Below, in pieces: positions 53,650-64,000 of a stretch of 64,000 bases of DNA (position 1 is its first letter; each line of letters starts with the position of its first letter). The stretch is from the NCBI GenBank assembly GCA_965153455.1, contig OZ234493.1:32664213-32728212 (forward strand), written 5' to 3'. A program made the position numbers and the translations under genes. Source of the DNA: Sphagnum compactum. Taxonomy: Eukaryota. The notes under the pieces were generated by a model. It saw nothing but the letters and a program-made list of their open reading frames with translations. It searched no databases and was not told the origin of the DNA.

Positions 53650-54876
53650 AACTTGGCATTTCATCTAATCTTGGTTTTGAGGTCAAATAGCTTGGATAAG
53701 TTGATAGGTAAATCAATTACTGATATTATGTTATCAATGGGCCTTTGTGATTGGCACACTGTTGTGTCTGTGGGCCTCCAGATTTGTTGAGTCTCTGGAG
53801 TTGAGATCCAAATTTGCAGGCAAGTTTGGGACATTGTTGAAATTGCCTCAGTTCATGGAAAGCTTTGGAACTGATTTGGCTAAGTGTTAGTTTCTCTGGG
53901 AATGACTTCATCCTATCACTAAGTAGCATAGCTAGATCAATTATTTCAGATATCAGACAATCTGGAGTTGGGCATGGTATTACCTTACTTTTACTTCACA
54001 GGACAGTTAGGAATGGCTTGGAATGTCACTGGGGTTTTCCATGAGTCTTTGGAATGTCTTTGAAATGTTTGGGAATGCATTGGAACTTGTTGGGAGCTTT
54101 GGGAATGCTAATGAGAATGCAATATCATCAATTGAACTGAGTCTGGAAAAGGATTGTATGATGATGTTCTAAAACACAATAGAAGTGTTTCTTTCACTCT
54201 CTTTACCTCCACCATATTAAGTTTCTTTTGCTCCCTTGTTGATGGGCTGAAACTGAACTAGTTATTCTCAACTTTCTTACCAATATTCCCAACAGTGTTC
54301 TTTTGTCATAAGAGGCTCAAATGTCATGCAAGGTGTACAAACACTACTACAAAAACATGTTCCCTAAAAGCATCTCCAGTGATGGGAACCATTTGCTCCT
54401 CTGTCATTGTTTATCACATCCAAGGACTTGGATTAATTGTTTTCCACTCCCCACCCATAGGACTTGGATTAATTGTTTTCCACTCCCCACCCATAACCCT
54501 CATAAGGTGAGACAATGTTGAAATGGAGCAACTAAGGTTGATCATTAAAGGTGTTCAAGGAATAACAATCATTTTGGCATCTTGGGATGCTCTTTCAGCC
54601 ACACCATTAATATGACCCTTTGGCAAGTCAAACTTAGACTTCATCTAAAAAATGACACAACATAGTGGAGCTTCATCCAGATTTTGGTGTATAGCGCCAC
54701 CATTGGATATGCTCCAACTACTAGCACACAATTCCACACAATTGAGGCCAAGTGGAATGGATCTCACCCAAACCTCTAGGCCTTAATAGTCAATCTATCG
54801 TTTCCACCCAAATTCCATGTCATTGTGAGCATAATGGATTCTTATCACAAGTTAGCTTTAATAGTTGATGGACCAT

Positions 54877-55182
54877 CATCACAAATTTAGCATGCAATGA
54901 ATTAATAATGAAAATCGTGTGAAGTTTGTTCATTCATAAGTTCGTACATTTTACATACAAATATCATGCATTGAAAACACGTTTGACACACAAATAAATA
55001 TGTCGACAAATGAAATACAAACCTATGAATGAACAAATATCATATGAATTTTGCATCTTTCAATAAATCCATGTGTCAAATGTGTTTTCAATGCACAATA
55101 TCAATGTGTGAAATGTTTGAATTATGAATGAACTAATGTTACACGATTTTCATTTCTAAATTCTAAGATGTTAAGTCGTGAT
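54877..55182. repeat. Degenerate foldback/MITE-like element
   Basis: ATGAAAATCGTGTGA...GTTCATTCATAA pairs with TTATGAATGAAC...ACACGATTTTCAT, and CATTGAAAACAC.TTTGACAC pairs with GTGTCAAATGTGTTTTCAATG. Confidence 0.65.
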
Positions 55183-55397
55183 GATGTCCACCTCAATTCC
55201 ACTTCATTGTCAACATAACAAATTCTTACCACATAGCCCGAACATTTGGTGGACCATGTCCACCTTAATTCCTTGTGGGCATAGTGGATTATTAAAAGGC
55301 ATCACCACGAGAATATATGTCCTTGAAATTATTTATGGTTATAATTGATTATTTAATTTTGCATGGTCAATGTTTTCATAAGCTTGAATGGAAAGCC

Positions 55398-55888
55398 TAA
55401 GTGGAACTAACCCTTGGAACAACATTGGACCACAAGCAACCAAAACACAATAACTATGGCATTTGTTGGGTTTCAGGGACATCATTCATGAAGCCACAAA
55501 CACTTGCAATCAACTCACTTCTTATTCAAATATGATCCACTTGACAATGTCGTTTGACGATAAACATGAAAACAGAAAACCTTTATAAACATTACAAGAA
55601 GTTCAAAATTGTATGAAGAAAATCCCAACATTTCTTACTTGAACTTGAACTCCAAAACAATTTCTCCATTAATCTTGATATTTTTGGTTTTTCTCCCTCA
55701 CAAACGTGACAAGGTCTAAGAGAAGAAATAATTCATTTTTTGAATTGACAAGACAAACACCCACATTCAAACAATAATTGCAATAAAATTGCAAGTTGTA
55801 ACCATGGATAATGATGATGATGAGTGAAATGAATAACACCTAAATTGTAATTCAACAACAAACTCCTTTGGATTCTTTCCCAACTTGG
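55398..55888 (-). pseudogene. Degenerate partial duplicate of the Nudix gene (3' part of exon 1, shortened intron 1, exon 2)
   Basis: Direct similarity to 22941-23190 and 23675-23908, e.g. TAAACATGAAAACAGAAAA, GAATTGACAAGACA, CCATGGATAAT and GTAATTCAAC.ACAAACTCCT. Confidence 0.85.
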
Positions 55889-58800
55889 TTCCATGGTTCT
55901 TGTGACTTGCACCATAGCTAACACCTTTTTGGTGGAACCAACAAAGGTTCGAACCATGAAATTAACCTTTTGTTGAAATGGAAATTAAAACTTTGAATTT
56001 TTTTTCGTTATAAAAAAAGGTCAATTAAAGGCACATTGAAGTTTTTAAAAAATTAAACTAAAATTTATAAATAAATGGTCAATTTTAATTTGTTGTAAAA
56101 TTCTATCCATGTTTATAAAAATTCCAACATTGGAGAATGCTGATTTGCACATGAAATTGGGCCTTGTTTTTCAATAGGGCTCAAAGGTTCTTGAACTTGG
56201 GCTTTATATCATTGCCCACTAACATTAACAATCAACTAATCAATTGATGAAAAAAATGAATTAATTTTATGGAAATGAATTTTCATTTGAATGACATTGC
56301 ATTCAACCTAAATTGAGTTGAATTCAATTCCAATTTGATTAAAATTCAATTGAAAGAAAATGAGATGCAAATTGGTGAAGAAAGTATTGAAAATTTGTTC
56401 ATGAATATGGTATTGGAAAAAAAAACTTAAAAATATATAGATTAAAAACAAAACCTTGTAGTGCCTTTTTTATTGGGAACTAGTTAGTTTGTGTTATTGG
56501 CCCAAGTGTGAACACATTGAAAGGTCAATTGGATTTTCCTTCCAAACCCAATTTTTGCAATTTTTTTGAATTTCCAACAACAAAATCCAATCAAAATTTA
56601 TGTATTCTGCACCTTAGTTTTTAAAATTGTGAAATACATTTTATTAAATTTTATTCATCAAGGGCTTTCCAACAACACCAAGAATGCCCCCAAACAATTT
56701 TTAGTTTTGATTTCATTTAGTTTTCATTGAGGAAAAAATTCAATAATCAATAATTTCCACATTGTAGCTCCAAATTGTCTCAAACCAAATTGATGCACCT
56801 CTTCATAGAGAGCTTTCCAAAGATCTCAAAAGTGTGGCATGAAACGCCTTGGTTTGGGAGATGTCAACATGACAAAATAAAACAAAACAAAACACCCTGC
56901 TTCATAAATAGATGGGTTAAATATATTCTAGTTTGAAGTTATCCAAATGATAATTTATGGAATTTAAAGTTGTCATACCTAAACCAATTTTGATGAATCA
57001 TCATCATTGGAATATGATTTTTTTTGCTAAAATCAAACTCATAAATTAAAAAAAATTGAAGAACCAAATTTAAACTTGCATTTGAAGAAGCCATCAATTT
57101 TTCTTAAAATGTCCAAAACAAGATTGGAGGTCCTTTCAAAATAAAAGAACTAGCTAATATTGGTTCAAACTCCTAACCCCTTCTTCTATGAAAATTTTCA
57201 ATATATATTCATATATATAATTTTAAATAAGTTCAATTTTGTGAGGTAGGTGGATTGGTAATCATCCACAAGATGATGTAACCAAATTTGGTTATGTGTT
57301 AGAGACATAAGTTTTAAAAAATTAGAACCCCATTATATTTTAAGTGACATGCTAAAACCTATAGTCTAAATCTAGCAATTTCAAAATAAAATCTTCAAAA
57401 TATGTCAACTTCTTGAACTAAAATTTCCAGAATATTCATTTATATGAGTTTTAAAGCCCTTTTGTTTTGTAGAAAAGTGAAAAAAAATTGTCACAAATAA
57501 AGATTGACATTATTTTTCTTGCAAATTAAAAATTTTATGGGGTTTTTTCAATTCTTTTTTGCACAATATTTAAACTGATGAATGTTTTTGAAAATTTTAT
57601 CACTTTTTTGAAAAACATTAAGAAAATTTTGGAATTTTTTTTTCTGATGTAAATGCAACTATTTTTGTTAATATTTGTGGAAAATTTTGATGTCACAAAT
57701 TACTTAGTTTGAACTTGGGTAGGAAAATAATAATAATTTCAACATAACAAGCCAACATTCATGCAAAATTGTGTACAAAAATAAAATGTGAACATCTTGA
57801 ACTTGGGCATGAAAATTATACAAGTTTTAACATAACAATGTTGTGTGCTACTAGATTCACACCCAACACTATCAAAACTAGTGCATCTTTATATATGAGT
57901 GATGCACATAAATCAAATTGCACTCACTTACAATTATAGGAATCCAAGCTCAAAGCAAAACACAAAAAAATCAACAAACTTTGACATCAAACCACATCTC
58001 ATGTTTCTTGTGTATGCTTTAAAGTTTCATAACACAAAAAACGAGATTTTAAAGTCACACATTGAACATAAACCTCCCAAACACATAAAATAGTTGAAAA
58101 ATCATTCACGTTAAATCAGATTCCAACAACAAACCAAATCTTACAAATGTGTCTTTTTGATATTCTCCCATAAAAAGCTAACAACAAACCTAAACATGAA
58201 CACAAAATTATTCACAAAAATAAGAATGTTACCATTTTGAACTTAGGTGTGAAATTATACAAACTTCAATGTGACAAGCATAAGCATCAATTCAAATTTG
58301 TGCACAAAAATTAAGAATGTAATCATTAACATAAAATTTGCAAAATGTGTCTTCAAATGATATTCATATGTAAAAAGCTTGATAACAAGAAAATATTTTA
58401 CTTGTCATTGAAGTTTTGCATATAATGTTGAACCCCATTTCTTTTGGTGTTAATGTTTTTTTTCACAATTAATGCCAATTATCAATAGCAAGTGGCAAAT
58501 ACATTTGTATTAGTGAAAAATATGATAAAGTTAAGTTGTAACATATACACATACAATTAATGTTAATCAAATTGAAGGTTACTATTCACATGGTTGGAGT
58601 GAACTAGTAACCACCAATGCACCAATTCAGGATGAGGCCGTTCAAGCCGTTTTGGGCATGAACCAAAAACACATCCTCTTCCCTTGCCCAAGGATTTTTC
58701 AGCCCCCTTCTCTACCCCAAAATTTTCCCCTCCTACCTCTCTCCCCCCTCCTACCTCCCTCACCTCATTTCCCACTCACTCCATTTCCAGAGTTTAGGAG

Positions 58801-59039
58801 AGCTCCCAAACTTGAGTAGCAGAGAGCTTTGAGGAGACGTGAGACACAACACTTGAGGAACGTGGAGAGTTCAACGTCGAAGGAATGTGAAGACGAGAAG
58901 GCAAGAAGAGCACTTCATCCCAAATGCAGAAGCGAAAGAAAAGAAGTAAGCTCCCTCCCTTTTCTGCATTTTTTTTTCTCTCTGTTTTTTTTTTTTTTTT
59001 ACTTGGGAAGAAGAAGATGCCATCGTCTTCTTCTTTCAT

Positions 59040-59480
59040 GTTTTTGTTTCCTACCTACCTCCCCCTTTTGTCTTTTTCTGTGCTACTATTGTACAAAGAA
59101 GGCAATGGCAATGGGTTTTCAAAGAAGAAGGGGAGGGCAACTACCGTCACCTTCTTTTATGGTGGGTGTTACAAAGAAGAAGAAGGCAAAGGCAGTTGTT
59201 GTCGCTTTCTTTTGTGGCGGGTGTTGCAGATGAGAAGAAGGCGACAGTAGCTGTTGTCGCCTTTTTCTGTGGTTGGTGTTGTAGAGAAGAAGAAGGTGAC
59301 AACAATTGCGTCGCCTTCTTCTTTGGCGAATGTTGTAGAGAAGAAGAAGGTGACAACAATTGCCGTCGCCTTCTTCTGTGGCAAGTGTTGTAGAGAAGAA
59401 GAAGGCGACGACAACAATATCGTTGCCTTTTTCTATGGTGGTGGTGCTGTGTAAAAGGCGATGGCAACAAACAACCATCG
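59040..59480. repeat. Low-complexity GAAGAAGGCGAC / GTCGCCTTCTTC repeat block (tandem and inverted)
   Basis: Unit TGTTGTAGAGAAGAAGAAGG.GACAACAAT.G.CGTCGCCTTCTTCT is repeated ~4 times. This explains the many overlapping spurious ORFs here. Confidence 0.8.
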
Positions 59481-59580
59481 TTTTTTTTCTTTTTTTCTTT
59501 TTCTTCTTCTCTGGTCCTTTTGGTCTAGTTCACTAAAATTGAAAATGAAATGGTGGTTTTTTTTAATGTTGAAAGTTGTA

Positions 59581-60853
59581 ATGGCTAGAGGAAGGAGACT
59601 AAAGATCGGTGATGATTTGGAAGCTCAAAAGCAAAATGTTGTTTTATCAGAACAGACAATTGGGAAGCAAAATGTCGATCCATAATGACTGAGACTTGGG
59701 GAACAAAATGTAGCTCCATCAGAATCAAGACCTGGGGAGCAAAATGTTGATCCATCAGAACTAATAATTGATGAATCAAACAATTTATGTGGCTTATAGT
59801 TGACAATGGTGATAGTCTGTAATTCAAATGATGAGATCACTCCTAATATAGATTGGGAATTTTAATCAAGAAATGGTGGGTTAGATTGTTTTAGAATTTA
59901 CATACATTATGTTAAATGCAGATAAAAATTGTACAAGTTTTTTTAAGTTTAATCATATCCGCAACTTCCATCATTTGATGGAAGATGCGGGATTTTTTGT
60001 GTCAATTTTTTTATATTATAATACCTGAAAATAGTTAGAGTTTGTAGGAGTTACATCTGATTATGTGATTTTATGTTTTGCAATACTTACATTCTATTTT
60101 TTGAACTTTTTATGTGTAAGGTTTTAAGGTTAAGATTTTTTTATTACAGAGTAATGACTTACTTTTTTATATTTTTTTGGTTTAGGTCCGGAACTTGAAA
60201 CCAACCAGGCCTCTCAATCACCGGCACCCCCTTGTCTACTTAATATGGCTCGGAAGGACAAAAAATGGACGAAGGTTGGGTCGAATAGGAAGTGTAAAGT
60301 TGGCATTTGCAACGCATATTGTACCAAATGATTGTTGACCAAACATTTGAAGGAGATGCATGGCTTGGTGGTAGAACAGGCCAAACCTGGGAGGCCTTCA
60401 ACTTTTGAAGGAGATTCTTGACATCAAAACCATGCTAAAATGAACGCTCGCATCTTGGGAAATGCCATGGCCGTGCAAAATCAGAATGATCAAAAGGTTG
60501 TTAATTGCGCTTGTGCTAAAGCCTAACGTGAGTGGGATAAGTTGGTAATTGTTGCAGAACAATGTCCACCATTACCAAAACCAACTTTGGTCAAATTAAC
60601 TTCAAAGCAACTATTATAGATGTTGGGTCTTAATGCCTGGGGCATGGAAAACGTGTTTCGAGATGCAACATCACAAATGGAGAAGGATGAAGATTTACAA
60701 AAAATGATTCAATCCACTCGTTTTGCATATGCATGACGATCGAAGATGGCATGGGATGTCAAAAATTGGGATTGAGAATCCACTAAAACAAGTTGGACAT
60801 AAGAGTTGATAGATGTATTAGATTTCCATGAATTTGGAATGATTCATGGAAAG
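59581..60853 (+). pseudogene. Decayed multi-exon gene with 12-aa repeats and a C2H2-type zinc finger, probably transposon-borne
   Basis: Exon from ATG 59581 (MARGRRLK..., four EQNVxPSE-type repeats with 36-nt period). Acceptor TTTAG at 60181-60185, then ~670 nt without a frameshift containing CKVGIC...KHLKEMH and 7 in-frame stops, ending at a GTAAGA donor-like site. Confidence 0.6.
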
Positions 60854-63800
60854 TAAGAAACAATAATAATCAATGTTTATTGTTTTATTATAATTTTGTT
60901 ACATCCAAGGTGTGTTAGGGTTTAATTTGGTGGTTTTTGGGTGTTTATAAGGTTCAGGGCACAACAAAGGAAAAGTTTGTTGCAAATACAGTTCAGGTTG
61001 AAATGCAACGCCACCATTTGTACATTTTTTGTCATGTAGCAAGGGTTGCAAATGCAGTACATTGAGATGCAACGTCGCCATCTGTACACTACTCATCATG
61101 CAGTAAGGGTTGCAAATGCAACAATTGCTTACTGAGCTAAACACAAGATTGTAAATAATGATATGGTTTAAGGTTTCCATTTTATATAGTTACTTAGGTT
61201 TTCTTAGCCTTTTCATTTTTTTGGATTAGCCAATTTTTGAAGTTTGGTCCTTTGATATATTATGGAGAACCTTTTTTTCATTAGGTTTTTTAACAATTTT
61301 TGATCCACCCATTTTTGTACATCTTTTATCAATATAATATTTTCTTTTAGTCACACTTATTTGATGGGTATATGGTTAATCATATATGTTTTATTTTTCA
61401 TAATTTTCATAGTATTTTAGATGTAAGAATCAAAACTTAAATAGGCCCATATGAATAGGTAACATTAATTTGTCTAGGGTTTACAAAGATCAAAATGAAC
61501 ATTATGTAATACTTACATCTTTTCTATTATAATTTCCATAAGGCCATTTCAAATATGTAATACCCACATATAGGTCTTGTAAATAGTTGTTGGTTTTTTT
61601 ACATCCATTACAATACTTGCATATAGGTCTAGTGGTTGATTATCTTTACATCCATTATAGTACCTGCTTATAGGTCCATAAATAGTTGTTGATTTTTTAC
61701 ATCTTTTGCAATACTTGCATACAGGTTTCCATTGTAATACTTATGGGACTCATATGACATAATAATCTAGTCTAAGTATCAACAAATAATGTCATAATTA
61801 AAGAATTATTATAAAATTATTTCAAATAATGTAAATGATCATTATTTGAAATAATGATTATTTGGTTGAACCTTAATTATTCAGATAATTAAAAATTTAG
61901 ATTTAAAAATCAAATCAATAATTTGATATTTAATTTATTATCTTAATTAGATTTTTAATGTTGATACGTTATTCAAATCATTATTTTAGATAATTATGAT
62001 AATTAATTGTCATAAAATTAATTTAGTTATATAAAAAGACATATTTGGGTACTCAAACCACTTATTTTGAAGTGACCTTACATGTGGGTATTGCATTTAG
62101 GGTTGATTATTCACCTAAAGTTGTTTAAATCACCTATGGATTATTTCAAAATGAATTTGCATGCAAGTATTGCATATAGGTTTTGGTTTCCATTGAAAGG
62201 CCACCCAAACTACATACTGGTTATTTTAAAATGATTTTACATATGGGTATTGCATTTAGGGTTGGGTTTGCACCTAAGGTTATCTAAATCACCTATGGAC
62301 TATATCAAAATGAACTTGAATATGGGTATTGCAATTAGGGCTAGGTATTCATATAATTTTGCGATACTCGCACACATATTTATTTTCACCAACTAAAAAT
62401 TTGGCTTTAATTTTTTGAATAATTAAATAAAATATGTAACAAAACACAAAAGAAGGTATGTCTTTTACCATTTGGTAATATTTCCAAGTTGAGTTCTTTC
62501 ATTTTCTTTTAAAAAATATAAAATGACATTACATTATTTTACATATGCTTAAGCCCTAAAAATTTCGCCCAAAATGCACCTTAAATTTATTTTAATTATT
62601 ATAGACTTGTAAAATAAATGTTAATTAATTTATATGTCCCAAACTTAACCATAATTTTAACATTAAGTAGCAAATTTTACATTAAACCCTAACCCACTGT
62701 ATCATCAATGTGACCAATTTTGCATTATGTTCATTTTTATATATGTTAAATCATACTATAAAGTGAATAAATAATTTTGAAAACATGAATTTCATGATGT
62801 ATTGGCAAGGAATCAAATATTTTAAAAATATTTTTAAGTTTCATGGTTAATGAATTATCACAATATGATACGGGTATTGCATTTAAAGACAAGTGGGTTA
62901 TGAAATATTAAACTTTAACAACTATGGAACATATGGAAACAAAAAATATTCATAATTATGTTGTAAATCTAAACAATTGATAAGATCAAAAACCAACACA
63001 ATGAGCAAAATCTAAAGTATAAACCTTAAGCCTTGATATATACGAACCAAAGTCCTAAACATTAATCATAATACATAACCTTAGAAAATCCAAATGATAT
63101 TTTGCCATAAGCCCTATTACAACCCTAACTATACAAACCCTAACAAAAAAAAGTCCTAGTGATATATGCCCTAAACCCAAAAAACTATACAAAATATACA
63201 AATTATATAATGCAAAACAAAAAAATTGAAAAAAACATAGGAAAAAATTTAGAAACCATAATTTAAAGCTTTTAAACTACAAAGATTTACTAAGTGAAAA
63301 AAAATCTTTAATCTTTAAAAAATAAAATAATTAAAAAAAACCAAAAGAAAAAATGTCTCTTACCTTTGTGTGATCTCTCCAAATTAATTTTTTCCACTCT
63401 CTTTGAAAAAGATATAAAATGAAATTGTATTATTTCACATATATCTAAACCCTAAAATTTCCCCCCCAAATTTAACCTAGTTTAGGTTAATTACTATAGA
63501 TTTGTGAAAAACTCGCTAATTAATATATGTGTCCCAACTTTAAACCTAAACCATAATCCAATAATACATACTTATAATAATTACATGAAAAGATGTATTG
63601 TAATGTCCATTCCAAAACTAGATTAAGTAAACAAAATTTAATAAAATATACATTAACTAAACCAAAATTGTTGCAATTATGACATTGTTTCCACTATAAA
63701 TTATTTGTAATAACTACATATGGGGACCTATGTTCACCATCCATGAACTAGGCCAAACTTTAATAATTGATAGGTAGGATTGGGGGGTGGGAAAAGTGAG

Positions 63801-64000
63801 TAGGTAATTAGTTAGGTATTTGGCAATGTAAAAAACATAGGTAGGTAGGTGAACATAGTGGTAGGTAAGAATGTGGGTGCATAGGGAAGTAAGTAGGCAT
63901 ATACGTAGGTAGTTGGGTTAGTAGACAAGTTAGTAAGTAGAAAAAAAGTTCAAGGAGTAAAGTAGATAAATTACTAAAGTAGGTCGGCATGTAGGTAGGC

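Noticed and set aside
54422-54495. Short tandem duplication downstream of AARE (similar ones at 5512-5670 and 13905-13990)
   Set aside because: Ordinary local duplications with no sign of function.
58794-59478. Many overlapping ORFs on both strands
   Set aside because: Produced by stop-poor GAA/GTC low-complexity repeats, with no domain signal.

Overview
AT-rich, intron-containing land-plant nuclear DNA. The repeat content and gene structure suggest a bryophyte, possibly a peat moss (inference only). Three intact spliced genes were reconstructed by hand from GT-AG junctions with consistent reading phase: an ARM-repeat protein (+, 16278-19059, 4 coding exons, ~619 aa), a convergent NUDT25/26/27-type Nudix hydrolase (-, 21110-24217, 6 exons, ~298 aa) and acylamino-acid-releasing enzyme AARE/APEH (+, 45676-53649, 18 exons, ~862 aa including a putative targeting leader). 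The rest is mostly repeat-derived: a 5'-truncated RTE/RTEX-like LINE, a decayed hAT transposase, hAT- and other MITEs, TAGG-rich low-complexity tracts and mini/microsatellites. The most notable observations are: five tRNA-like A-box/B-box cassettes embedded in TAGG-rich repeats; a ~1.25-1.4 kb inverted repeat pair with CAC...GTG ends spanning 11.7 kb; a decayed copy of part of the Nudix gene 32 kb away; a frame-preserved, multi-exon C2H2 zinc-finger pseudogene whose stops all fit C>T/G>A changes; a duplicated exon end inside AARE; and a uORF-rich spliced leader on the ARM gene. No prokaryote-type system (CRISPR etc.) was seen.
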